A stretch of 53,337 bases of DNA, filler included, from Sluysia triapertura (taxonomy: Eukaryota), in NCBI GenBank assembly GCA_046118255.1. It is 4 parts of 4 records of this genome, joined end to end, with 100 filler letters (N's around TTAATTAATTAA, not from the genome) between each part and the next. Parts side by side here need not be neighbours in the genome. Positions count along the whole stretch, not along the records: positions 1 to 14,520 come from JBJNIA010256075.1; 3 more parts are not named here. One strand, written 5' to 3'. How positions within the stretch are numbered: the stretch's first letter is position 1; the number at the start of each line of letters is the position of its first letter. The position numbers and the translations under genes are program-made. Positions 1 through 12,661 of the stretch are shown here, in pieces. A model generated the notes under the pieces. It did no database searches, was not told the DNA's origin, and worked only from the letters and a program-made list of their open reading frames with translations.

Positions 1-7
1 TACTTTA

Positions 8-8
<1 letters not shown>

Positions 9-70
<62 letters not shown>
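9..70. repeat. (ATT)n microsatellite
   Basis: About 20 perfect TAT/ATT units, inside the intron downstream of the RTCA exon. Confidence 0.95.
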
Positions 71-71
<1 letters not shown>

Positions 72-102
72 AATTTATATATTGCATAACTTATAAACTC
101 AC

Positions 103-233
103 AAACAACCAGAACCATTGCCAAATGCATGATTTGTTGTTTCCTTATATGCATTTATTGATATATTCAATTTAGAAAATTTCGTATTACTTCTAATAAT
201 TTCTATTATTGCATTTTTCATTTCGTCAGCCAT
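103..233 (-). CDS. RTCA: RNA 3'-terminal phosphate cyclase, internal exon
   Basis: Minus strand tatttag|ATG...GGT TGT TT|gtgagt; translates MADEMKNAIIEIIRSNTKFSKLNISINAYKETTNHAFGNGSGC, aligning to the RTCA segment [38 protein letters not shown]. Other exons not found in the window. Confidence 0.75.
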
Positions 234-2542
234 CTAAATAATATAAGAATTTTAATAATTAAATAAATTGCAATAAACATAAAATTACGGATAACAAAAT
301 TAATAATCAACAGATTTCGTGTAATCTTTAGACACAGAAAAAATTGGTAAAGGTCATTTTTAAAAATTATCAATAATATGTTGTCACCACCTAATCCTTC
401 ATCTCAAAACCTTCATTATATTAATTTTAAAATAATATTTAATAACAAAGAAATCAAAAAAAATAATTAATAATATCGCCTGAGGAAAGAAGTGAGTAGA
501 ACACCGATTATAATTAGTATAAATATACTAGTTTGAAAATTCTGTTATCAGTTAGTCCACAAATAAATTGACAGTGAACTTGAAAAATATTTATAGCGGT
601 GAATTTTACTTTTAACAATTTAAAAACCATATAAACATTTTTGACAAGAGAGAAATCTCTAAAACAGATTTTACTCACAATAATTTTAATTTGGAATTAA
701 ATTTGTATAGATAATAATTGGTTGATTTTTATTTTTATTTTCAACACGAATTTAATAAGGTGACTAATATTCTTCTAAAATACAAATTATAAATTTTTTT
801 AATTTTAAAATTTAATCGCATTATTAGAATCTTTATCAGGCTTTATATCATCAAAACAAATTATTAGTTTTCAAGTAGTAATGATTGTTAACCAATAAGC
901 AGCCAATAAAAGTTATGTAGACATAATAATTTTGACATTAATTAGAAATGTTTCAAGGTTTATAATAAGGTTTGAAACATTAACCAAAAAATTAATTCAT
1001 AGTTAACCGAAAATTCATATTAGAGATATCAACATAAATACACCAAGTTCTGTTTCCAAATTCTACGATCTCGATCTAAATATTCTTACCTAATTGTCAT
1101 GCAAGATATTATATATGCAAGACTTGTTTCCACTGAAAATTACAGTTTCAATTAAAATCAAACATCTTCAATTATCTTTATCTCCTTCATGCAATCGTTT
1201 CTACGACACTCATTACTCATTAATAAAAATTATAGCAATAATAGTAAAAATAATTTCAATTGGGTGTAATAGCCTAGATTTTACTTAAAGATATGAGTAC
1301 TTATTTCATTATTTTGACCTTATAAGGTCACAACAAAAATTAATTATAAATAGCACTTAAGCGCAGTAGATATTCAGTTTATATTATTATTACATTATTT
1401 TCAAAACCAACGATTTGGCTGATATTTTACCACACATTATTTGACCTAGATACAAATTTTCAATCTAAAGGTTAGTGTTACCACAACTTCCAATTAAACG
1501 AGAATTCTATTAAGATCATGAAAATTCTTTTCGTTAGTTTATTTTCATAGGTTTGTACTTATATTTAATACGTTCAATAAAATACATTTAAAATCAATTA
1601 TTTCATTTTACGCTTGTTTCAAAAAAGCTAGTAAATTAATATTAAAATCCCGAACGTTAAAGAATTTTTATAAAGTTATTTAAATTGATATATTTAATAT
1701 ATTGTGCCCTTTAAAATAATTTATCTATTGAAATAATAATATTCGTGTCTTTTTTGAACGAATTATTATCTACCACTCCCGAGAATTTTAATCTTCGATT
1801 CTCTTTTAATCAAGAATTTAAATTGAAAGCTATTAACTTTTATATTTTAATTTCCTGAAATCCATTCATATTTATCTTTTTTTGACACCGGTTTAAATGC
1901 AGTGATAAAATCATCCTTTTGAATCCCATTTAATATAAAATCACGATATAATTAAACCTCTTTAATATGAGGACATACAGTTGTTTCGAATTCTATTAAA
2001 CTGAAATTAAATCGAAATTTCCAACCGAATTCTAAGCCAAAGTTATTTGTTAGGATTTAAGTGTTTGGTAGCATTGGTCACTAATAAAGCAAGTTTCTGC
2101 ACAGTGAAAAATTTGTTGAACTTTGAGTTAGTGTATTGTGTTATTAGTATTTCGATTGTTGTGTATAATTGAGTTTGTAATACATGTGTTAGGTTGAGTT
2201 GAAGTTTGTTTATGATTATACTGGGGTTCAATATTTTTGACATTAATTTTGGCAATTTTTTGCAATTAATTTTTGAAATAATAAATAAGTTATAATTATA
2301 TTTTGATCAATAATACTGTTGAATACTGTTGTATTTAATAAAATTTCATTGTAATTTATTTATTATTTCAGTTAAGATCCATAAGATATATTTAATTATC
2401 GCATAAACTAAATTAAGTTTTCGAAAGGTTTCAAAAGTTAAGTAAAGATTATTAAAATTTTTCTTTAAAATAAGTGACCCTCTTTTCGTAGCATCTTGAC
2501 ATCTACCGGTAACCGTGTCTTCCTAGGGATATTAATCACTGT

Positions 2543-4110
2543 TAGGGTTTCCATTACCGGACCAAAAATTCAATACCGGTATATTCGGTATTTCTAAAAT
2601 TCAATACATGGATACCGGTTTTAATATCGATATTAGATTATAAAAAAATCCAAGCCTTACTGGGTTTTGTTTAATTTGCTATTTTTAATGAAAAATAAAA
2701 TGTTACAAACAATTTTTACATATTTTAAATAATAACAATAAAAAGAAAAATATTGAACTGCAACTGATCTTTTTATTTCTTTAAATTACGAAAAGTTGTT
2801 GTACATTCAGTGCAATTATTGCACATTTTTAAAATGTGATCTTAGAAAACACAACGCATCAACTGTATTTTCATTAAGCCTGGAGCGTAGTTTAGTGCAA
2901 AAATTACCAGCAGTCGAAACTAGTTGGAATAATGGTTAACAATGCAGTATATAACTTTTCTAAATATTTACCTCTAAATCTATCATGTAAAAACAAGTCT
3001 ACTTCTCTCTGGATGGTTGTTGATACATCTGATCTAGGAATTGTAGTTGTAATTCTAATCTTTCTTTAAGCGTAAGTTTCTTTTCATCATCTTCGCTGTC
3101 ATTCTCGTTCTCTATACTTTATCGATTTCTTCTGAATGACTACAAATATCCGGATAAAATTGTTCAATGAAATTTACTAAAAAATTGATTAAATTTGAGG
3201 TTTTAAATATTTTCCTATCTTTTTCATTTTTGTAATTATTATAATTGTGTAGATACAGTAAAATATCTTCTATTTCAGTGTGCCTTTCTTCTATCCGATT
3301 CTTTAAAGCAATATATAATTCATACGATAGTTGTGTATGTTGTTCCCTTAGTGATTGTAACATAAAATTAATTGTCGCATTTGCTGTCAATAGATTGGCA
3401 TCTCTACGGCATAATACCTCCACAGCTAGTTTCGCTGGAAGTAAAGCAGAAACAGTCCCAGATATTAAGTCAAATTCACCTTCGGAAAAATCAATAGGCA
3501 AGTTCAAATCAATAATTGCTTTTTTTAATTGGATTTTTTCGTTTCAAAAACAGTTCCATCATTATAAGCAAGCTATTCCAACGTGTTTTAGAATCTAATG
3601 ACAGCATATACTCTGTTCTATTTTCTGTAAGTACGTATTTATGTTGCAGTACATTTTTAGAGGGGGAACTTTTAAATGTTTTGACGATTTTTCGAATTTT
3701 ATCAATTACGTTTGCAAATCTTGATTACATGACAATTCTTCTCAAGAGGAAAACTAACATGATCAAAATCGTATTCACTTTCTTCAAAGTCAGAATTCGA
3801 GAGTTCTATGTCCAGAATATTTACTTTATTATTTTTCGTGTTTTTTCGATATAATACATCTAACACTGCCAGTTGGATCCCGTGAGCATAACACAATTGT
3901 TGATTTGCTCCAATAAACTTTCCAACCTTTTTCAATACCGTTGCTCCATCTGTAGTTATGGAAACAATATCTTCATTCAAAGATAATCCATGGTGTGCTA
4001 GTTTTGACATGAGAACTTCAATACAGCTTTCGGCTGGTATATTTCCTGAAATATGTGTAAGTCCAATATTCCAAAATTTCGTTTCTGCATGAATATTTAT
4101 ATTTAAATAC
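2543..4110 (-). mobile_element. Decayed hAT DNA transposon (5'-truncated transposase plus one TAGGG-type end)
   Basis: Frameshifted minus-strand pieces: SITTDGATVLKKVGK, CYAHGIQLAVLDVLY, LDSKTRWNSL, and dimerisation domain LLTIIPTS/FSTAGNFCTKLRSRLNENTVDALCFLRSHF* (stop 2816-2818). Terminus TAGGGTTTCCATTACCGG with repeated ATACCGGT subterminal motifs at 2543-2620. Confidence 0.85.
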
Positions 4111-4479
4111 AGACTGTTTATACATTATTATTTATAAACATTATTATTATATAAAGTGTATACAACATAAGACTTATCTTATTATCATTGTGCGTTCAGC
4201 ATAGATTGTTATATCTTGAAGACATTGTTTATTATTTTTTCCCAGAGATATTCAAATTTATATAAGCATTTAAAAATTACTGCCACCATTTCATTGTTAA
4301 CTTACATAATTCTTTAAGATAAGTGTTATATGAGATCTCATTTCAACTTTAAAATTAGTATTGCTGATTGGATCAATAATAATTGCAATTTTCTGTACGA
4401 AATTATTAAAATCTATATTAATATTTTTGTTTCTAATATTTGATATTGTCTTTAATTCGTATTATATTGTTTAACAATG

Positions 4480-4720
4480 CAATTAATATTTTCTTCAATG
4501 TTCATTTTGAATCTGTATATCATCACATTTTCTACCTCATTTAACTTCGTTTCATGTATTTTAGCTGTTATATTACTGAAAATTGAACATTTTTCTTCAT
4601 TGATTTTCAAACCGTATCCTCAATTCAGTTGTTAATTTTGTTCTTCGAATAGTATTTTCTACATACGTGTTTACTATTTTTCAACGACGCACCCTGATAT
4701 AAATTTTCGAAAATATATTA
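4480..4720 (-). mobile_element. Highly degraded non-LTR reverse transcriptase fragment
   Basis: Minus-strand traces QGASL (QG motif) and GYGLKINEEKCSIF (RT domain 6-like); no continuous ORF. Confidence 0.35.
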
Positions 4721-5382
4721 CTCGCTTAATTGATTCATTTAAAAAATGCGATAATTAACCATATTTAATTCAAATATTAAGAATAATGAAGTAAATTATT
4801 CATTAAAGAAAAATGAATATCTATAAAAAGGTGTGATAGAAAATAAAGTGAAGTAAAGAGTACAGAAAAAATTGGATACAGTAAAAGTTGGATTTTAGAT
4901 GGATTTTGTGCATGGAAAGATTTACTTTAGTTAATTTCAGATGCATATAAATGAACTTTTTTCTCCCTTGAATCGATAGAATCAACGTGGCGTGATTATC
5001 TTTGTACAAGATTACTTAGAAATGCTCAAATATAATGTTATCAGATGCACAAAACATCATTTTTGTACAAGATAAATGCAGAATCCATAATACAGTACTG
5101 ATAATAAAATGTTTTCTATATCGTCAGAAAACACAAAACTTTAAACATGTTTGAAATCATGTTAAATAAATATTAAAGTATTTAAATAACAATTATAATT
5201 AATTATAATCAGTTTAATTTATTTTTAATTAACAATTATTATTAAAGATTATTAAATAATTAATCGATATTTAAAAAATATTCTACACATTGTAAAATAT
5301 ATTTTTTAAATTTATAAAGTACAGTTTTATATTACAAAAATATTAATTTATAAATTATATTGGTTTAAAATATTACTATTAA

Positions 5383-5518
5383 CTCATAACTGGCTGCTAA
5401 AAATTCTTAATCGACTGTTTGATGGCAACACAAACAAAGTTATTATGTCAAAAAACGTCAGCGGCTACTGGATTTCGGACAAAATATGACGTATTATTAC
5501 GTCAGCGGCCAGTATGAG
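5383..5518. mobile_element. 136-bp MITE with TTAA target duplication (piggyBac-type)
   Basis: ttaa|CTCATAACTGGCTGCT ... AGCGGCCAGTATGAG|ttaa; imperfect ~15-bp TIR; internal repeat ACGTCAGCGGC. Confidence 0.75.
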
Positions 5519-5643
5519 TTAATATTGGTACAAATGTTCACTCTTATTTATAATTAATGTATGATAATAATAATTTTAATCTCAACTCATACATTAAAGT
5601 ATTCGTTTTTAAAAGTGCATTATTTTATTGTTATATTTTACAG

Positions 5644-5792
5644 AAATTATTGAAACTAAAAAAAGGTATGAATGAAATGTTCTACGTGATAACCGGTAAA
5701 TATCGTGGTACTATTAAAATCGCATGTAAGGTGTACTTTTGGAATTGGAAGGACAAAATTGTGATTTCTGATATTGATGGAACTATTACCAA
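5644..5792 (+). CDS. LPIN: Lipin / phosphatidate phosphatase, C-LIP (LNS2) exon with catalytic DIDGT
   Basis: cag|AAA...ACC AA|gtaata; KLLKLKKGMNEMFYVITGKYRGTIKIACKVYFWNWKDKIVISDIDGTIT; HAD motif I DxDxT. Confidence 0.93.
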
Positions 5793-5843
5793 GTAATAAT
5801 TATTGAAATGTCTGAATTTTATGATAAATGTTTATTAATTTAG

Positions 5844-6083
5844 ATCAGATGTTTGGGGACATATTAGACCTATCATTGGTTTAGATTGGACTCAAGAAGG
5901 TGTTGTAAAATTATATAATGCCATTGATCGTCATGGCTACAAGATTGTGTACTTAACAGCTCGTGCCATTGGTTATGCTGATGGTACACGCAAATATCTA
6001 ACTACGATTTTACAGGACGAAGCCAATTTACCAATTGGTCCAGTTTTGTTGGCTCCTGGTTCATTTTTTGCAGCTTTTAAAAA
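5844..6083 (+). CDS. LPIN: Lipin C-LIP exon
   Basis: Follows a 51-nt GT-AG intron; SDVWGHIRPIIGLDWTQEGVVKLYNAIDRHGYKIVYLTARAIGYADGTRKYL...LPIGPVLLAPGSFFAAFK; phase 2 at both ends. Missed by the ORF track. Confidence 0.93.
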
Positions 6084-6647
6084 GTAGAGTATTTTAGCTG
6101 TTTTTTAAACTTATATTTGATTAAATTTATGAAAATCTTAAATATTTTGTTTGTCATTTTTATATTATTAAGATTTTAGACAATAAATGAGATTATTATT
6201 ATTGTTGGATTAATAAATTCAAGCTTAATAAAATTCAATATGGTTAATTATTATTCTTTACAAAACTTCAAATGTCTCTGGATACTTTTTGTCAATAAAT
6301 TAATATATACTCACGTACTTTATATCTACTTATAATACTTTCAATACAAATTCATCAATATCTTTAAGTCACTTTACAGTAGATTCTCAACTTTAATCAA
6401 TATACACTATAATCTTCAATAGTAGTTTAAATATCCTCATGTATATAAATTATTGTTTGTCAGCAAGTAATCTATCGTTTACTATCTAAGTAATGTCTAC
6501 GCTTTAACTTTATTTAATCTAAAAGTATGAGTTCGGGTACTCGTTCCGCTGACGTGGAATGGAAACGCAATTAAATTCTACCTTAGTATTAAATTTCGTG
6601 TTGTTTAATAAATGGCAAACAAGTTAGTTATACCCAATAACTTTATA

Positions 6648-6650
<3 letters not shown>

Positions 6651-6700
<50 letters not shown>
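6651..6700. repeat. (TTA)n microsatellite
   Basis: Perfect trinucleotide run in a lipin intron; source of the poly-N ORF 6605..6802. Confidence 0.95.
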
Positions 6701-8766
6701 GTTCACTCTAAATAAAATGACTCCTTTTGAGACACTGCTATCGAATTTAATTAAGTGCAAATAAGAAACTAATATTACGAGAAATTTAATATTCAGATAC
6801 AAATAAACATTCTAACAAAATTATCAGCATTTAAATTATACAATAAAAATTATACAAATGCTTAATTATTTCAATGTTAATAAAAATATTAAAATTATCA
6901 ATAACTTTTATGTTTTAGATGGATGAAATAAAATAATAATAATAAAATAATTGTTTCGAATCTATACTGCTTGGTGTGTTTAATTTGATTAACGATAATA
7001 AATTGTTAATAACTGATTCACAATAGCTCCAACTAGCAGAAAATTCAAAAAAATCGATTAATTCTGTAATATTTTCTTGTATGTTTTTTGAATTTTGTTC
7101 TACTACTTATAATATTTTTCTAATGTCACTGATAATAATAGCACTAATAATAATTTCCAAAATAGTATACTTAATTAATAGTTTTCATAACAACGAAATG
7201 ACATTAATAATTTTTATAATAATGATGATAGTATGTTTAATAACACTAATAATTTTCATAATATCAAAAATAGTAGGAAATTAATAATATAACATCAAAT
7301 AAACAGTAATTTTCATAATATCAAAATAATAATAATAATAGAATTTCAATATGTTTTATAATAAATAATGACAATAATAATAATTATGAATAACAAATAT
7401 TATTTTCCATCTAAATAATGTTACTAAATTTTAATTACATATATATTGTATTTATTCTTATTTTAATATGCTTTTTCTTGATTATAATGCTTTTAAATTT
7501 GATATAACATTATTATCTCAATCTTTAATTTGAGTTAATTTTGATCGAGAATAATGTTATTAATTTTTAATTGTATACTAGTTTTAATCTCAATTTAATT
7601 TTAATTCTCGTATTAGAATAATCTTCATGTTCTTAAAATTTGATGTTATATTGTTTTTATAGAGTCTTATTTTAAAGTGATTATTTTAGTCTAAAACTAA
7701 TTGTTATTTGTTATTAAATTTTAAATGTATACTAACTCTATTAAATATCATTTTAAATTGATATAAAGCATTATAATCTTAATGATAATGATTTTAATTT
7801 TACTTTAAAATAATTTTTATTTTAAATAAATTTAAATTAAATCAATTTTAGGTTTTAAAAATTAATGAATATTATGTTACATTATTATTATTTATAAATT
7901 GTAAAAATTAAAATGTATTTTAAAATGAATATAATAAAATGAAAATCTGTTGTTTTTGGTATTTTCTTTTCTGTAATTGTTTTCATCGTATTTGGGTACT
8001 CTGTTGATCTTCTATTTTCATTAAACTGATAATATTTTCAATCGGGTTGAGAAAAGGGTAACAATGTTGAAGTATGTCTAAAATTACCAATTAAAAATGG
8101 TATAATTATTGTATTTGGCTGATACTCAGTCATCAAAATTTTAATAATTTATCGAGAAATATAAAGTAAGTTATTATTAGGTATTAAGTAAAATGAACAA
8201 TAAAGCGACAGTTGAATTTAGGAGCATACTTGTCATTGATTCTTATTATAAATTATAATGTCAAATATAGTATGTCCTGTAAAAAGGTCTGTTTTATTAA
8301 ACATCACAGAATATTTACACAAAGTATAAAGATTATAAAATTAGTCACCTCAACAATATTCTACCAAATCTGTATTCATTTCAGTCAGAGATCGAATTTA
8401 ATTGGTTAGATGATCGCAAATTATGTTCAATTATTTTTCGAGTTATATCCACTCTTTCAGACTACACATAATGGGCATGAATCACTTTTACTAACACTAG
8501 TGATTGTTTTATTGTCGTTACGAATCACTGTTCGAATTAACTCGACAGTTTCTTCACAATGATTAGTTTCCGACAACTTGATTCTTCTTTTCGTATTATT
8601 TTGGTCTTAGTATTTTCATTATTTTTTTTCTTATGGATTTATACAACCGAATCATTGTTTTTTGTCAATAGACGTAAAGTCCTCATTTTGTCGTTTACAT
8701 AAATCAAGTGTATACTAAATTTAAAATTAAACTTTTTATTTCTATCAATATTCTATACATTTTTAG

Positions 8767-9142
8767 AGAAATAATCGAATGTCATCCAGAAGAAATAAAA
8801 ATCAATTGTCTAAATGATCTGCGATCAATATTTCCTGCTGAATCAACAGTAAATGCTTTATATGCCGGTTTCGGAAATCGACCATCAGATGTGACAACTT
8901 ATCGCACTATTGGTATCAATGATGAGCTTATTTTCACAGTCAATAAATACGGTCAAGTTACTTCTTGTGCAAATGAACCTGAATCTCCAACCACCGCTTC
9001 GCCGACAGCCAGTCCATCCAAGATGATTAACACTACTTATTCGAAATTGGCTGACTTAATTGATTCCATATTTCCAAACTTGGGAAACGAAGATGAAAAT
9101 AAAAAGTTGGACTTGTCTGAAGTGCTGCCACTTAATAATTAA
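8767..9142 (+). CDS. LPIN: Lipin terminal exon
   Basis: ttttag|A GAA ATA...; EIIECHPEEIKINCLNDL...LYAGFGNRPSDVTTYRTIGI..IFTVN (HAD motifs III/IV), SKLADLIDSIFP; stop TAA at 9140-9142; follows a 2683-nt intron. Confidence 0.92.
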
Positions 9143-9399
9143 ATATTTTAATTTCATTTGCTGATTAAATGTGCTACAATTAATATTTAAACGTATCCAT
9201 CAAGAAACGAAATATTAAGTTCGTAATGCGTCAAGCGTTAATAATTTCGGTATTTTTTGAATCTCAGTATTTTCAAGACTATTATATGTTATATTAAACT
9301 GAATTATTTAATATTTTTGTAATATTTCAATGATTTTAATATTGTTGTATGGAATGGGAAGCCAGCAAGTATAATAACTATAGTCAGACATATTCGATT

Positions 9400-9960
9400 T
9401 TAATTTAGCCATAAATTTTAATGAGTCATCTGCAATGATGCAAAAGAAAGTTGTACTTCAATCAATATTTGCTAAAAAAACCCGTTTCACCTGAATCAAA
9501 GATATCGATTTCAGCGCCATAGAAAATTTTTCGAAGAATTCAAAAAATATTTTTAAAATAAAACTTTTAATTAATAAATTTTAAAACAAAGCCAAATTAA
9601 ATACAAATTAATCTTTGAATGGGGTCTTTAGTTGAAAATTTCTTCAATTTCTTTACTGTAACCACAAGAAATAGTTTCTCATTAATAATATTCAATAAAA
9701 TAATTGATTTTATTGCGATTTGATTGGTTTGATTGTGACCCGGTTATGAATGCAACGAAATTAGCGAATAATAGAGCATAAGATATTGATTGGCCACTGT
9801 TTATTTAAAATTCCTCCCTTTGTAAGTGACCTGTATCGATTTGTACTTTGATCTCTATCCGAAACTCTTGTAATGTTTGTTTGTAAAAAAATTATTAATA
9901 TCTTTGTTTCTAGTTGGATATTACTGAATATATTTTCCATTTTTTGTAATATATTTTTCA
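9400..9960 (-). mobile_element. Degraded pogo/Tigger-like transposase remnant
   Basis: Minus-strand DIFDSGETGFF*QIL (about 9460-9505) resembles the DIFNADETGLF motif; the remainder is too decayed to read. Confidence 0.4.
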
Positions 9961-12661
9961 AAAAATCGAAATAATTGATAATTCTAAGACTTTTAAACTA
10001 CATTCATTGATCGCATTTAAATGAAGCAATTTCAATGATTACGTTTTTCAAAATAAAACTTACTTCGTAAGAAAGTATCATTTTATGTATTAAGTTAAGA
10101 ATATTAATTTTATCTTTTTTAGTGAATGAAAAAATATATGCAAATTTAATTATTCCTTTTTAGTGAGAGAAATTACAAAAAAAACAAAACCGTGAAATAA
10201 TTGTTTTAGATGCAACAATAAGTAGATATGAGCGCAGTATAAATTAATATATTATTATTATTTATTTATTTTGAAATGTGCAAAAGTGTATAACGACGAT
10301 CATATTTTATTAAATATATATCATATCAGAATGTGTTATTGCAACAGATATGTTTATGGCATAAATTAATAATTTATTTTGACCTTTAATGAAAAATAAT
10401 TAGTATTCGTTTCGTTGTCTAATTCAATTTAAAAATTAAATTAATTGTGTAATAATTAGCACATTTAATAAAATTCCGATCATGTCTAATGATTTATTTT
10501 GTTTTATAAATTTATAATAAATAGATGAGTTTTAATTATTTATTATATAAGTGAAAACAGAGTACATCTGGTAAATTATGTATGGTAAACCAATACAATG
10601 ATATTTCCTAAAAAAATATCTTTTATCTTATAAAACAGTAAAAATTTATCTTTATATTCTTTGTGTTTAGTTTTTTTGCAGAATAAAATATGCGCGCCCA
10701 TATTAGTCATAAGAATCCTTTCGTTTGAATAGTACAAAAACACCTTAATATGTGCGTTATTATTTAAAAGTCCTATTTAATTTGATTCACGTCAGTATAA
10801 ATAAGACGATAAAATCATATTTTTTGTCCTAGTTTAGAAAAGGACTCAAATCTAATATTTAAAATTAAACTAGCTGAAGCTAGAAAATTGTAGGGAATTC
10901 TTCACACAAAAGCACTTCACATATACACAGACTATTAAACAAACTACTAATCTCATTCAAAAACAAACATGACCATCATTATTGTCATAATTATAGTCAT
11001 TATTATATAATATAAATACCAAATAATAACTTTTATAATAAAATTTCATAATAAATTTCAACATAAATATTTCTGCATTAATAAACATAATATCCACATA
11101 ATTGTTATCACTATTATTACTTCCTTATTCCTACTATTTTTTGTTATTTTTACTATCAATCTATCTTTCTATTTTTTGTTTTTCTTCAATGCTCCTTTTA
11201 ATATAATATATCTGATCAGAGCTAAACACCACTCAAGTTCAAATTCTAACAATAAATTCGATGTAATCAATTTCGACGAAAGTTCAGAATTTGCCAAAGA
11301 TTATCACAATTATAAATCGAGAATAATGTGCCTTGTATGAATCAAATACTTCATGCCATTTGGAAATAATCGAAATGATCCAGAGTTTATTTCCTCTCAT
11401 TATTGACATTTACCGCGAAGCTACCAGCATGTCTGTGAAATATATAGAAACTTATTGCTCCACACATGAAATAAATTATTGAAAACGAGACATCTGTAGT
11501 CATAGATCTAAGAGTTTTGTATCCTTGCTACTTGAATGCTTGGTTTACTTAATTTAATAAATTATAGAATAAAACATATTTAAGAAATGAATTTAACAAA
11601 TGTTCAAAATAAAATTTTTAATAAGAAGATTAATGTTTTCGATTTTCTTTTGAAACCAAAAAGTTACTCAGTTCATTATCATCATATAATATGAAACATT
11701 TGATTTACCGCATTTTTTATAGTTTATGTTCTATTATATTGGTAAGTATGATTACAACTAACTGGTTTTTGGCTAAGCACAGCTGATATTTTTTTTATAT
11801 ATCGGCTAGAATTTGCTCATTTATTTTATCAAACAATACAAATTCAACATAGCAATTTTAACTTTCGGTTTTACGTTTTGTCTCCTTTTTAAAACTATTT
11901 CAGTTATATTACATATTTCGTATTTCAGTTATATTTCGTATACCTTAACTATGATTCAAACATTTTTACTATAAAGAAATGATAAGTTTTAGCATTCTAA
12001 TTGTTGTTTTTGTAATAATATCTTCATGTATCATTTTACATATTAGAATTATTATTAAAGATATTAGTCAAAGATAAATAACAGAAATAACGTATGAAAA
12101 ATTTTAAAGTATGTTTAATTTATATTAAATATTTAAGCTATCGATAAGATACTTTTCGTTAAAAAATAATTAAAAAAATACCTAAAAAATAAATAAAAAT
12201 TAAATTAAAAAATTAAACAAAACTATTTCGCCGTTTAAACTAGTTGTCACCATCACCAACGATGACAGCCTATTTACATTCTCATCACGCTGTCACCGTT
12301 GATGATGGTTGTTAACCAGTCATCAACATTTTGTTTGCTATTAATTTTGCCAATACTCCACCCAATCAAAGTCGTCATTAATTTAATTCATTATTTATTA
12401 ATATGATTGGGTGGAGCTAAAAATAGTAACAGAGACAGTACAATCAAAAATTAAAAATTAAAATTTGTGGAAGAAGCATTTTTTTAACAATAATTAGTCG
12501 TAAATCCAAAAACGAGCTGGTAAAAATTTTAAGATTCAATTATAGTATTTTCAATTATTAGTATTTATTCAGACTCAATTTTAGTCACAGTGGCTACTCA
12601 ACAATTATTAGCAATAAATCCAAAAATGATGAAAATTACAAAGTTTAACGATCTCATAATG

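Noticed and set aside
289-405. Upstream RTCA exon or PP2C-like exon (EGLGGDNILLII, minus)
   Set aside because: Phase incompatible with the RTCA exon and no RTCA similarity; the PP2C resemblance is too short to support.
3245-3854. Plus-strand ORFs 3245..3598 and 3516..3854
   Set aside because: Antisense shadows of the minus-strand hAT transposase.
4950-5095. Tc1 remnant (IIFVQD.., SPLN.IE..W traces)
   Set aside because: Motifs are very short, out of order and frameshifted; not enough to call.
6605-7284. Poly-Asn ORF 6605..6802 and hydrophobic ORF 7081..7284
   Set aside because: Translations of ATT/AAT-rich low-complexity sequence inside a lipin intron.
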